This document shows, in pieces, positions 42,871 to 53,810 of a stretch of 64,000 bases of DNA. The position numbers and the translations under genes were made by a program. Origin of the DNA: an uncultured Acidobacteriota bacterium (GTDB taxonomy: Bacteria; Acidobacteriota; Terriglobia; UBA7540); the NCBI GenBank assembly GCA_963804995.1, contig CAWDSK010000002.1:384001-448000 (forward strand). Reading direction: 5' to 3'. The stretch's first letter is position 1, and every line of letters begins with the position of its first letter. The notes below the pieces were generated by a model, which was given only the letters and a program-made list of their open reading frames with translations, was not told the DNA's origin and made no database searches.

Positions 42871-42917
42871 TATGCTCTCCCGCCCCGCCCTTCCAGACCC
42901 TTGGTGAGAAATCCGCA

Positions 42918-44978
42918 TTAGTACCTCACGGTCATGGAATCGACTGCTTGTTCGGCGCCTTTCCGGCCTATGGCGCGCAGTTGGTTGTCGCCGGATCGAA
43001 ACTCCACCTCCCACGCCGTGGCTGGGCTTTTGATCCCGAGACTCTTGCCGTTCAGGAACAACTCGACACGATCGCAATTGCTGTACAACTTGATGCTTTT
43101 CTTCTCACCGGGCGCTCCGTGGCGTTCCGTCCAGGTGTGCGACACGATGTAGACCATGGGCTTGCGCGTCCACTGGCTGGCATAAAAATAGAACACGTCT
43201 TTGGGCCGACGGTAGTAGTCATACATCCCCTTCTGATTGAGGTGAGGTTGCGTTACAAAAATCCGCTCCTGAACGGCCGCGTCGAACGCCACCCAGATCG
43301 AGCTTCCGGCGAGGAAGGGCCGCTCGTTGATCTGCTTCAGGTACGACTCATGGAACTGCAAGCCCCATTCCTCGGAGAAGTCGTAGCGCTGCGGATGTTC
43401 AGTATGCAACCCCAGTTCGATACCAGCGCCGTATTCGCTGATCATCAGCGGTTTGTTCGGGTGTCTGCGGTGCAGGTTGTCAACTATTTCGCCAAAGTCT
43501 TCGAACTTGCCGGAGTACCAGCCCTGGTAGATGTTGCATCCCACCACGTCGACCAGATCCATCAGGCCCACCTGGTCAGCGCGGTCGAAGAGGTTGATTG
43601 CCACAGCGGTGGGGCGCGTCGCGTCTTCGGCTTTTACCACGGCGGCCAGTTCCTTGGTCATGCTGGCCACGGCTCTCCATTCCGTGATGGTGGCGCCGTT
43701 CATGTTCTCATTACCCAGGCTCCACAAAATGATGGAGGGGTGGTTCCGGTCGCGCTGGATCATCTCCCGCGCCATTTGCTTGATTGTCTCGGCATAGTCG
43801 GTGGCGCCCTCGTACGGAGCCAATTGCCGGCCCTCGCCGTCCAAGGGAACTTCTTCCCAGACCATTAAACCCAACCGATCGCAGGCCTCCAGTACGGACG
43901 GATCCTGAGGGTAGACCGAGAGCCGCACAAAGTTGGCTCCCATTTGCTTGATCAGTTCCATGTCCTTGATATGGAGTGCGGCCGGTACGGCCCACCCCAT
44001 TCCTGGGTAGTCCTGTTCACGGTTGGTTCCCCGCAGCTTCAGCGCCTGTCCGTTAAGGAATAAGCCCTTGTCAGGATCAAAACGGTACCAACGCAAGCCG
44101 AGCGGGGCCGCCTCGTCATCCAGAAGGGCGCCGTTTTCACGCAAGCTGAACGAGGCATGGTACAGGTTCGGATCGTCTGGTGACCAGAGTCGCGGATGGG
44201 GGATCTTGCATTGTTGTCGCACCACGGTGCTCGCGCCCGGCTTGAGTTGGGCGGCGGACGATAGCGCTGGCAGCTTCGTTCCATCGGGGGCGAGCACATC
44301 GGCCGCGACCTCGAGGGTTCTCTCCCGGTCGCTACCATTGTGAATCTCGACCTCAAATTCGACGGCTGCTTCCGAATCCGAGACTTGGGGCGTGGTCACT
44401 CGCGTGGAGACAATGTGCGATGGATCGGTCGCGATGAGCCAGGCTTCGCGATACAGGCCTCCCGTCATGTTGAAGTCGCCGTTCTGGGGACCGACGTCCC
44501 GGCGCCAGCGATTGTCCACCTGGACGGCGACGAAGTTTGCGCCGCCCGGCCGAACCACGCTCGTGATGTCGAACTGGAAAGGTGTGAAGGCGCCTTTGTG
44601 TGCGCCCATGAGTACGTTGTTGACCCAAACGGTCGCCACTTGGCAGGCCGCATCAAACCGAAGCAAGATGCGCTTGCCGGCCCACGCCGTAGGCACGGCG
44701 AAATTCTTGCGGTACCAGCCAATCCCGCGGTAGTAGCCCTTCTCGTCGGAGAAAGTATCTGTGGTATTCCAGGTGTGGGGCAAGCGAACGACGGTCATGC
44801 CGCCGCCATCCTCATAGTCAGAGCTTTCGAGGCCAGCGGCATTGACCAAACTGAACTGCCAGCCCTCGGAGAAATTCACCTTCTCGCGCCCCGCGGCCTG
44901 CAGGGTTGGAACGAAGCACAAGAACGCCAACCCTGCCGCCACCTTTGATAACTGCGTCATGAAGTTTCTACCGTTCAT
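42918..44978 (-). CDS. Secreted glycoside hydrolase family 2 (beta-galactosidase/glucuronidase-like)
   Basis: Signal peptide; GIGWYRK, GGLYR, NHPSIILWSLGNE (acid/base), SEYGA (nucleophile). Confidence 0.93.
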   Translation of the reverse strand: MNGRNFMTQLSKVAAGLAFLCFVPTLQAAGREKVNFSEGWQFSLVNAAGLESSDYEDGGGMTVVRLPHTWNTTDTFSDEKGYYRGIGWYRKNFAVPTAWAGKRILLRFDAACQVATVWVNNVLMGAHKGAFTPFQFDITSVVRPGGANFVAVQVDNRWRRDVGPQNGDFNMTGGLYREAWLIATDPSHIVSTRVTTPQVSDSEAAVEFEVEIHNGSDRERTLEVAADVLAPDGTKLPALSSAAQLKPGASTVVRQQCKIPHPRLWSPDDPNLYHASFSLRENGALLDDEAAPLGLRWYRFDPDKGLFLNGQALKLRGTNREQDYPGMGWAVPAALHIKDMELIKQMGANFVRLSVYPQDPSVLEACDRLGLMVWEEVPLDGEGRQLAPYEGATDYAETIKQMAREMIQRDRNHPSIILWSLGNENMNGATITEWRAVASMTKELAAVVKAEDATRPTAVAINLFDRADQVGLMDLVDVVGCNIYQGWYSGKFEDFGEIVDNLHRRHPNKPLMISEYGAGIELGLHTEHPQRYDFSEEWGLQFHESYLKQINERPFLAGSSIWVAFDAAVQERIFVTQPHLNQKGMYDYYRRPKDVFYFYASQWTRKPMVYIVSHTWTERHGAPGEKKSIKLYSNCDRVELFLNGKSLGIKSPATAWEVEFRSGDNQLRAIGRKGAEQAVDSMTVRY

Positions 44979-45255
44979 GATCCACTCCCTTCTGGTTTCA
45001 TGACCTTCAACGCAAAACTCTTGCAGCCTTTCGACCGGTACATTTGTGGAGACGGATTCTACGAGTCCCGAAGTTGCCGGATGACTTCTGCATCGAGTTC
45101 AATCCGGAATTCATTTCTTGCGGTTCGGGCGCCGCAGAGTATACACCCGGTTTTCTCCGACCCAGCCCTTTCGTGGCACTTTCACTACGACATGCGAGAC
45201 CGCGCCGCAGAGGACAAATTCGGGGGGCGAAAACCGCGTGCAGTTAGGGAATTTA

Positions 45256-45319
45256 GTGGGACCTCGCTCGCTACGCCCCGCGGAGAGCAACTTGTGGGAC
45301 AAGTCCCACCATGACAAAA
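45256..45319 (+). repeat. Dispersed GTGGGAC repeat, copy 2
   Basis: 61/64 identical to 9484-9547, with weaker similarity extending about 200 bp downstream. Confidence 0.8.
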
Positions 45320-45790
45320 TGTCATGTGTCTGCAGAGACAGAGTCGCAGAGCACGTGTTGCCGAGCCCGACCTCCACGCCCCGCGTTCGAGCCGGACGTA
45401 CGGCAAGCGTAGCGCCCGATGCACCGGGGCGGTTCTTGCTGCGACATTTGAGTGAACCTATCGTGGCGAAGACGCTGCCCAGATTCGAAACTTGTGGGTT
45501 TTGCCAATGAAGAACCGCGGACCCCAACAACGGGGGACCGCGCTACGCTTGCTTCACCCAGGAGCACCCACGTCTCGCAAGTGGCGCCACCAACCGCCAC
45601 CAATTGCCCAATCCGCGGATCTCATGCTATATTTGTCTCAGGGAAATAACATTTAAATCAGGCTTGTGGGGCTATTGGCAGGTGCTCGTAGGTGCGTAGT
45701 CCAGCTCCTGGGATATCTGACTGATCGCGATGGATCTGGTTCTGCTTTTCTGACCTGGCCGACTCAACCTGACACAGCGTGGAGAAAACC

Positions 45791-48365
45791 ATGAGGATTT
45801 CGCACTTTCGTTCGAGCCGCCCGATGGTGGTCAATCGTCTCGTCCGCGTGGCCGGCATAAAATCTTGCCTGCTGGTGGTTCTAGTTCTATCCGCGCTCCC
45901 GTGGGCAGTGGCGCAAGATGTCCTGACCTATCACAATGACAATGGCCGCACCGGCCAAGACCTGAATGAAACGATCTTAAACCCCACCAACGTCAACGTG
46001 AACACCTTTGGGAAACTTTTCATCCTTGCGGCGGACGGCAAGGTGGACGCCGAGCCGCTTTACGTCTCGAACCTCACGGTAAATGGCGCGCAGCACAACG
46101 TTGTCTACGTCGTGACTGAGAACGATAGCGTTTACGCCTACGACGCGGACACGGGCGCGCTGCTTTGGCAGGTCTCCGTGCTGGGGTCGGGCGAGACTCC
46201 TTCTGACAATCGCGGCTGCGGCCAGGTCACGCCGACCATCGGCGTCACCTCGACGCCCGTCATCGATCGTTTGAGCGGGCCGAATGGCACCATTTATTTG
46301 GTCGCCATGACCAAGGATTCCTCCAACAACTATCATCAACGCATCCACGCCCTGGACCTTTCGACCAGCGCGGAACAGGTCACCTTCAACTCGCCCAGGG
46401 AAATCACCGCGACTTATCCCGGCACGGGTTCAGAAGGGAACGGCACAACCCTCACCTTTAACCCAGCGCAGCACAAGGAACGCGCCGGCCTTCTCCTGCT
46501 GAACAACGTAGTTTACCTGGGCTGGTCTTCCCATTGCGATATCAGTCCCTACAATGCCTGGATCATGGGCTACGCCGAAGGCACCTTGGTCCAGACGCAA
46601 TTGCTGAACATCACTCCCAATGGCAGTGAGGGCTCCGTCTGGCAGAGCGGCGCGGGAATGGCCGCCGATTTGAGCGGCAACATTTACTTCCTCACCGCCA
46701 ATGGGACCGCGGATACCACGCTCAACGCGAGCGGCTTTCCGATCAATGGCGATTACGGAAATGCTTTCATGAAACTTTCCACCAGCCCCTCGCTCGCGGT
46801 GGCGGATTATTTCAACGAGTACAATACCGTGTCGGAATCGAACGCTGACGAAGATCTGGGCTCAGGGGGAGCGCTGGTTGTGCCCGACTTTATCGTGGGC
46901 AACACGACGTATCAGCTCGCCGTAGGGGCGGGCAAGGACCGCAACATTTACGTCGTCAATCGGAATAACATGGGAAAGTTTAATTCCACCTCCAACAATA
47001 TCTATCAACAGCTCACGACCCCCTTGGCCGGCGGTGAGTTTGGCATGGCGACCTACTTCAACAACGCGATCTACTACGGGTCGGTGGGCGATAACCTGAA
47101 GATGTTTCCCATTTCCAATTCCACCGCCCTGCTACAGACCACCCCTTCTTCGAAGACCAGCATCACCTTCACGTCTCCCGGCACCACACCCAGCATGTCC
47201 GCGAACGGCACTGCGAATGCCATCGTGTGGGCCACGGAGAACACCAACCCGGCAGTCTTGCACGCTTACGAGGCCTCGAATCTTGCCACCGAATACTACA
47301 ACAGCAATCAAGCCCCCAACGGCCGCGACCAATTCGGGACCGGCAATAAGTTCATTACTCCTATGATTGCGAACGGCAAAGTCTACGTGGGCACGACCAC
47401 CGGCGTGGGGGTCTTTGGGTTAATATCGACAACTACGGCTCAGTTGTCACCCACCGGCCTCACCTTCGGCCCCCAGTTGGTGGGGACGTTCGAGCGCTTC
47501 GCAGCCCCTCACCCTGACGAACGAAACGGCCAATGCCCTCGCCAACCTCAGCGTTGCCGCCAGTGGCGACTTCAGCCAGACCAACAACTGCGGAACGGGC
47601 CTCGCCGGCAATGGGACCTGCACCATCAATGTGACCTTTACTCCTACGGCCTCGGGGACCCGCAACGGCTCGCTGACCGTCACTGACAGTGCGACCAACA
47701 GTCCCCAGACCGCTACCCTGACGGGGACAGGCACCGGCCCCGCCGTAACCCTCTCAACCAATAGCCTGACGTTTCCGGCGGAAATTGTGAAAACCACCGG
47801 TTCCGCGCTTTCCGTAACCGTGAAGAATACGGGAACGGCCTCGCTCAGCTTTTCCAGTTTCACCACCACCGGTGACTTTGCCGTGAGTACGGGCTCGACC
47901 CCTTGCAGTACGACCACCAGTCTGGGAGCGACATTGAGTTGCTATATCTATGTGACGTTCACTCCTACGGCGAGCGGCACGCGCAGCGGAACCCTGTCTA
48001 TCGCCGACAATGCCAGTGGCAGCCCGCAGTCGGTAACGCTTTCCGGCACGGGCATGGACTTCTCCGTCACCGCCTCACCCACCTCGCGACAGATTGCAGC
48101 CACGGCCTCCACAACCTTCACCCTGACTGTGGCGCCCTTGAGCGGATTTACGGGAACCGTGGGAGTCAGTTGCTCCAGCCCCAATGCCACCGTGACTTGC
48201 ACCTTCTCGCCAACCTCGGTGATTCTGGGCTCAAGCAAGACGTCCACTGCCACTGTCAAGACGGGAGTCGGAGGACATACGCCGAGAGGTACTTACAAAC
48301 TGACCATGACGGGTGCAGATGGCGCGTTGAGTCACAGCACCACGGTTTCGCTGAAGGTGAAGTAA
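45791..48365 (+). CDS. Secreted PQQ-like beta-propeller protein with C-terminal Ig-like (ASH / choice-of-anchor D) domains, frameshift near 47490
   Basis: DVLTYHNDNGRTG, GVTSTPVID, DLGSGG, KFITP.IANGKVYVGT; then repeated VTFTPTASG.R.G.L..D.A..SPQ...L.GTG units. Confidence 0.85.
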
Positions 48366-48609
48366 GAGGCTAAGGGCGCGTTGCTATCGCGGATTTTCCA
48401 CCGCGGATTCGGAAGGGCGCGGCGGAACCTCAAAAGCAAGTCAAAAGGCAAATTGCAAAAGGCAAAAGTCAAAATTAAAGGCCTGACCTTCGCAAATCCT
48501 CTCTAAAAAACAAGGATTTGGAGCGGCGTAGCGCAGAGTCTCGTGCTTTCCGAGACTCTGCGGCTTTAGCTAATTTGACTTCTCAGGTAGGAATCAATAC
48601 GATGTGAGT

Positions 48610-48843
48610 ATGAAAACAACCGTATCGGAAAAGGGACAAATTACCATTCCGAAGCCCCTACGGGTCCGCTTGGGAATCCACGTCGGCCAGGTCCTGGAGG
48701 TCAAGGAGGAGCGCGGCCGCCTGGTCATGTCCAAGCAGGCAAGGCCCCACGACGCGATCGACAAGCTGTACGGAATCCTGAAGCTGGGCCGTTCCACGGA
48801 TGAAATTATGGAAGAACTTCGCGGTAGTGAGAAGCCCAGATGA
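48610..48843 (+). CDS. AbrB/MazE-family antitoxin
   Basis: TVSEKGQITIPK.LR..LGI..G; overlaps the toxin start (ATGA). Confidence 0.92.
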   Translation: MKTTVSEKGQITIPKPLRVRLGIHVGQVLEVKEERGRLVMSKQARPHDAIDKLYGILKLGRSTDEIMEELRGSEKPR

Positions 48844-49253
48844 TCACCGCCGTGGATAGCAATGTCCTGTTGGATGTCTTGGGCCCCGATCCCACTTTTG
48901 GACCGCCTTCCGCCCACGCCCTGCGCACCGTCCTTCGTGAAGGCCAGTTGCTGGCTTGCGAGGTCGTGTGGGCGGAGGTTGCTGGTGCGTTCGCCTCTGC
49001 CGCGGCGGCCGAAAAAGCCCTGACACTCCTGGGCCTGGAGTTCAGCGCTCTGACCCTGGAAGCGGCTCTGGAAGCAGGCCTCGCCTGGAAAGCCTTTCGG
49101 AAGCAGGGCGGACAGCGAACCCGTGTGGCCGCTGATTTCCTGATCGGCGCCCACGCCCTGTGCCAGGCCGATCGCCTGCTGACCCGCGACCGCAGTTTCT
49201 ATCGATCCTGCTTCAAGCGCCTGAAGATTGTGGATCCCACTTCAGTTCGGTAA
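48840..49253 (+). CDS. vapC: VapC (PIN domain) toxin
   Basis: AVDSNVLLD, V.AE, ADFLIGAHA, LLTRD. Confidence 0.92.
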   Translation: MITAVDSNVLLDVLGPDPTFGPPSAHALRTVLREGQLLACEVVWAEVAGAFASAAAAEKALTLLGLEFSALTLEAALEAGLAWKAFRKQGGQRTRVAADFLIGAHALCQADRLLTRDRSFYRSCFKRLKIVDPTSVR

Positions 49254-49336
49254 CCCTCGAAATCGAGGCACGTGATGGCCTTTCAAGGGAACAAGTCTAT
49301 TTTCGGAACGTTTCGTCCATCTTGACCAGGGACCCG

Positions 49337-49404
49337 TTGTAGCGCGGGTGTCCCCACCCGCGTCTTCGCAAGAACCATCGCGGGTGGGGACACCCGCGCT
49401 ACAA
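49337..49404. repeat. GTAG REP doublet (perfect inverted repeat)
   Basis: TTGTAGCGCGGGTGTCCCCACCCGCG ... CGCGGGTGGGGACACCCGCGCTACAA. Confidence 0.88.
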
Positions 49405-49581
49405 AAGCAGAGATGAACTCGCTCTAATGCGCGAGCCTGCTGCCCGCCTATCGCTTATCCCAACTCTGTCGGGACTCGCACCAAGCGCTCGCTGCCTACC
49501 GCCTTCTGCCTTCTGCCTACGGCCCTCCGCCCCCCGGACATTTCGCCCGCCACAAAATCCTCCCAACAGGCAGATGTACCC

Positions 49582-49609
49582 TCAAGTGATGGTCCGTTAA
49601 TGCCGAAGA
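49582..49609 (+). promoter_or_regulatory. Possible sigma28 (FliA)-type promoter
   Basis: TCAAG-N15-GCCGAAGA upstream of the hybrid kinase. Confidence 0.35.
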
Positions 49610-49702
49610 TAAAGATGGGGTTATGTCCCTAGGTCGCTACCCCTCCGTCCACTTTAGCTTTGAAGTGGTGAGGGGCAAGTGCCACACAGGAGATTTGCGC
49701 GC

Positions 49703-52135
49703 ATGTTCTTGTTCCGTCGGTTCTCGATCCTGCGCAAGATGCAGCTCATCACCATCGTGGTGGTTGCGGCCGCCCTGATCCTCTCTTGCGCGGCCTTTGT
49801 CAGCTACGACCTGGTGATGTTCCGCAGCTCATTACGGCGGGATTTGGAGACGCTCGCGGAAATCGTGGACTCCAACAGTACGGCCGCTTTGGGCTTTGGT
49901 GACCAGAACGCCGCCGCGGAGCTCCTTTCGACGCTTCGCGCTAAACCGCACATCACCACTGCCCTCCTCTATTCCACCGACGGGAAACTGTTCGCCGGAT
50001 ACTACCGCACCGGCACGCCCCGGGTTTCGAGCGCACCCAAGCTGTCGGCCGAAGGGGCCCGGTTCGAAGCGGACCGCCTGGTCCTCTATCGTCAAATCCG
50101 GCTCGATGACCAGCCCATCGGGGCGCTGTACCTGGAGTCTGATATTGACGAAATGCATGAGCGGCTAGCGGACTTTGCCTGGACCATTGCCCTCGTCCTG
50201 GTGTCAGCCCTGCTTGCCGCGCTGGTGTTGGCGCACAAATTGCAAGGCGCCATCACCACTCCCCTGCTTGATCTCGCGGGGGCAGCTCAGCGCGTTTCGT
50301 CCCAGCGTGATTACGCCATTCGAGCTGTGCGGCAAAACGACGATGAACTGGGCGACCTGGTGGACAATTTCAACGAGATGCTGGCGCAGATCGAGCAACA
50401 GGACGCGGAGCTTAAGCAGCGCCGTGCTCACCTGGAGGAACAAGTCGCCGCGCGCACCACGGAATTGGTGGTGGCGCGCGACCGGGCCCAGGCCGCCAGC
50501 CGCGCCAAGAGCGAGTTCCTGGCCAACATGAGTCACGAAATCCGGACTCCCATGAACGGCGTGATCGGGATGACGGAACTTGCCCTCAACACGCCCTTAA
50601 CCACCGAACAACGCGAGTATCTTGAAACCGCGCAGTCTTCGGCAGGGTCCATGATGACGGTGATCAACGACATCCTGGATTTCTCCAAGATCGAGGCGCA
50701 GAAACTCGCCCTGGAGAACATCGATTTCGATCTTCGCGACTGCGTGGGCGAAGCCACCAAAACCCTGGCGGCGGGCGCCCATCAAAAGGGATTGGAGCTG
50801 GCTAGCGACATTGCCCCAGAAGTGCCGGAGAGGGTTTCCGGCGACCCCTTCCGATTGCGGCAGGTGCTTTTGAATCTGATTGGCAATGCCGTCAAGTTTA
50901 CCCAACAGGGTGAAGTGACGGTGCGGGTCGAATCGGAAGCCGCGACTGGTAATGAAGTGACCCTCCACTTTCAAGTCATCGATACCGGGATTGGAATCCC
51001 CAGGGAGAAACAGGCCTTGATCTTTGAGGCCTTTGCCCAGGCGGATGGCTCCTCCACACGGCATTACGGTGGAACCGGGCTGGGGCTTTCCATTTCGGAA
51101 AAGCTCGTGGGATTGATGGGGGGGCGGATTTGGGTGGAAAGCGAGCCGGACCAAGGCAGCAAATTCCACTTTACCACACGCTTGGGGCAGGTCATCGGGG
51201 AGGGTAGCGAAATCTCCCATTTCCCGGGCCTCAACGAGCTGCGGGATTTGCGGGTGTTGGTGGTCGATGATAATCAGACCAACCGGCGCATTTTTAAGGG
51301 AATCCTCGACAATTGGGGCATGCATCCTACGCTTGCCAGCAGCGGGCCGGAGGCGCTCCGCATCCTCGACGCGGAATCGCCCTTCTCCCTGATTCTGCTC
51401 GACTATCAGATGCCGGACATGGATGGCATCGCCGTGGCTCAGCAGATCAGAAGAAATCCTCGATTCGCCACCGCCACGATTTTGATGCTCAGCTCCGGGG
51501 GCGGCCCCGAAGAGGCAGTGCGGGCTCGCAAGTCCGGGATCTCGATCTGTATCTTCAAACCCTTCAAACAATCTGAACTTCTCGCTGCTGTCCTTGAGGC
51601 GTTGGGTAAGACCTCGCCCCCGGAGGATCTCGCGAGAGCCCCCGCCCACCCCGAGCCGCGCGAAGCGCTCCCGCCTCTGCGTATTCTCCTGGCTGAGGAT
51701 AATGCCGTGAACCGTGCCGTGGCGACCCGGCTGATCGAAAAGCGGGGACACACGGTGGTGCCAGTTGAAAATGGCCGCGACGCCGTGGCGGCCGTTGAAC
51801 ACCAGAGATTCGATTTGGCGTTGATCGACGTGCAGATGCCGGTGATGGACGGCCTTCAGGCGGTTGGCCTCATGCGCCGGATTGAGGAAGAAACACGACG
51901 AAACCACCTTCCTACCATCGCCCTCACCGCTTACGCCATGAGCGGAGACCGCGAACGCTGTCTCGAGGCCGGCATGGATGGCTATCTTGCCAAACCCATT
52001 AACGCCGATGAGCTTTTCACTGTCATCGAGACCGTACTACAAAAATATGGCCCGGCGGGTATACCCTTCCCGCCTCCCACCGCGGGAGAATCGCCCGCAG
52101 ACCTGCTTAATCTGAGCGACTTTGGCCCGGAATAA
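49703..52135 (+). CDS. Membrane hybrid histidine kinase: CHASE8-like periplasmic domain, HAMP, HisKA, HATPase, two REC domains
   Basis: [15 protein letters not shown] (YfiN-type periplasmic pattern), RDYAIRA...[28 protein letters not shown], two receiver domains. Confidence 0.92.
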   Translation: MFLFRRFSILRKMQLITIVVVAAALILSCAAFVSYDLVMFRSSLRRDLETLAEIVDSNSTAALGFGDQNAAAELLSTLRAKPHITTALLYSTDGKLFAGYYRTGTPRVSSAPKLSAEGARFEADRLVLYRQIRLDDQPIGALYLESDIDEMHERLADFAWTIALVLVSALLAALVLAHKLQGAITTPLLDLAGAAQRVSSQRDYAIRAVRQNDDELGDLVDNFNEMLAQIEQQDAELKQRRAHLEEQVAARTTELVVARDRAQAASRAKSEFLANMSHEIRTPMNGVIGMTELALNTPLTTEQREYLETAQSSAGSMMTVINDILDFSKIEAQKLALENIDFDLRDCVGEATKTLAAGAHQKGLELASDIAPEVPERVSGDPFRLRQVLLNLIGNAVKFTQQGEVTVRVESEAATGNEVTLHFQVIDTGIGIPREKQALIFEAFAQADGSSTRHYGGTGLGLSISEKLVGLMGGRIWVESEPDQGSKFHFTTRLGQVIGEGSEISHFPGLNELRDLRVLVVDDNQTNRRIFKGILDNWGMHPTLASSGPEALRILDAESPFSLILLDYQMPDMDGIAVAQQIRRNPRFATATILMLSSGGGPEEAVRARKSGISICIFKPFKQSELLAAVLEALGKTSPPEDLARAPAHPEPREALPPLRILLAEDNAVNRAVATRLIEKRGHTVVPVENGRDAVAAVEHQRFDLALIDVQMPVMDGLQAVGLMRRIEEETRRNHLPTIALTAYAMSGDRERCLEAGMDGYLAKPINADELFTVIETVLQKYGPAGIPFPPPTAGESPADLLNLSDFGPE

Positions 52136-52377
52136 CGTAGTGACTCATTTTGGCGTGGCACGGCTGACCTGCCCCGATCCATCGGGGTCTTGGCCGTGAT
52201 TGGACACGGGCGGGAGAAGCTGTGAAAAAATCCCATCAAACCTTTCACCGCGGAGACGCGGAGGCGCAGAGGCTTGAAAACAAAGGGTCATTTCTCTGCG
52301 TCTCAGCGTCTCAGCGGTGAAAATGGTATTTTTTCACAGATTCGGACGCCCGTGCCACCTCAAAATGAGTCACTACC
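52136..52377. mobile_element. Composite IS1-like MITE containing a GTGG REP doublet and the 128-bp MITE (52216-52343)
   Basis: Ends GTAGTGACTCATTTTG / CAAAATGAGTCACTAC; flanks CGGAATAA / CGGGATAA; the inner MITE is flanked by GGA. Confidence 0.82.
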
Positions 52378-52434
52378 CGGGATAACGGTCGATCGGCTTT
52401 CGGCGTATTCCAGACACCATGTTTTGAGTTGCGC

Positions 52435-53418
52435 CTACTCGACCCGGATATTCCCCGAGACGGTGCTTACATCTAACGGAAGTCCGCCGTTGCCGACTTT
52501 CCCCTCCAGTTCATGGGGGCCGACGGTTCCCTGTACGGTCATCTCGCGCGCGGTGTGAATGCTGCCGGAGACCGTGTGAGCGTGGAGCGTGTATCCCTGT
52601 TGGCTGGGCAGGCGCACGGTGACATTGCCGGAAGCAGTGGAGAGCCGCCAGGAGCCTTCGCCCTCGCCCTCAACCAGGATGTTGCCGCTGGCGGTTGAGG
52701 CGTGTAAGGCCCCGTGGACACCCTCAAGTCGCAGCGAGCCGGAGCCCGTGCTGACGTCAACGTCCCCCGGCGCGGTTTCGAGGAGCGTGACGCTGCCGCT
52801 GCCGGTTGAGGCATGCAGGCCGCCTGCCACGCCGGTTGCATGGATTTCGCCGCTGCCGGTCGAGGCATGCACCCTTCCCTTCACGTCATCCAGGGAGATG
52901 CGCCCGGACCCGGCCGTGACTCTGACCGTATCCCCGATCTTGGAGAGCGTGATGCTGCCTGAACCCGAAGACACCTCCACCGGCCCGTGCAGGCCACTCA
53001 CATTCTGTTCGCCGGACCCGGTGTTCGAACGCAAGCGGGTCTCCACCGGAACTATGATGTCGTAGCTAATGGAGATGTTGCGCTGCAATTCCTCGTCTTC
53101 CATGTGGCCGATCTTGATCACGTTGCCGTGCTGCTCGATAGGCGGGTTGGCTTCGAGTCGGTGGATCCTCTGATCCGCGCCAGTGTTGTCGGACCAGCCG
53201 CCGCTAGCCCGGATGGCGCCGGTGACCCGCACGGTGGAGCTCTCACCCGCGCGTACGGTGATGCTTCCTGAACCCGTATCAACATTGAGGTCCACAGGCC
53301 CAGTGACCTGCAAAGTGCGGTCGAAGTGCCCTTCCGCGGCGCGTGCGGGCGCGGCGACACATAAAGAAATGGCAGCTAACATCAAAAACCCAAGGGGAAG
53401 AAGGCGGTGGGATTTCAT
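52435..53418 (-). CDS. DUF4097-type beta-strand repeat secreted protein
   Basis: Signal peptide; repeated (V/L)xxSTGSGxI units. Confidence 0.88.
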   Translation of the reverse strand: MKSHRLLPLGFLMLAAISLCVAAPARAAEGHFDRTLQVTGPVDLNVDTGSGSITVRAGESSTVRVTGAIRASGGWSDNTGADQRIHRLEANPPIEQHGNVIKIGHMEDEELQRNISISYDIIVPVETRLRSNTGSGEQNVSGLHGPVEVSSGSGSITLSKIGDTVRVTAGSGRISLDDVKGRVHASTGSGEIHATGVAGGLHASTGSGSVTLLETAPGDVDVSTGSGSLRLEGVHGALHASTASGNILVEGEGEGSWRLSTASGNVTVRLPSQQGYTLHAHTVSGSIHTAREMTVQGTVGPHELEGKVGNGGLPLDVSTVSGNIRVE

Positions 53419-53462
53419 ACAGGCTTTCTCCTTTCGACGTTGTTTCGGTAGTGTCTCAGTCT

Positions 53463-53536
53463 GATGCAGCGGCGGCGGCATTCATCCCGATCTGATCGGG
53501 ACGCCGCCATATGGCGAGGTAAACTCGCCGCTACAT
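53463..53536. repeat. GTAG REP doublet, family copy 2
   Basis: Inverted homolog of 3912-3980. Confidence 0.85.
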
Positions 53537-53810
53537 CATCAAACTGAGACACTTCCGTCGTCTCGTAAGGGTATACGCAAACTATGGCCTGGAAGTTTAG
53601 ACGAAAGATGTTCTGCAGGGTGAGCAACGGCGGGTTGTCTGGTGGCGAGGCGTCAGGACGGGGGTTGTAGGGCCCCACCGTAGGAGGGCGCCGCAGCTCC
53701 CACTTCGTCATTGGTCCTTGACACGAAGCCTCCCCTGGAGGAAGCTGTGACCCTTTGTAGAGGGGAGAGCTCTGCCCTCACGCGGCAGCGCTTCCCAGAT
53801 GGGAGGATTG

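Noticed and set aside
42684..43868. 394-aa plus-strand ORF after yfiR as the missing sensor
   Set aside because: It is antisense to GH2 and has no TM, HAMP or kinase motifs.
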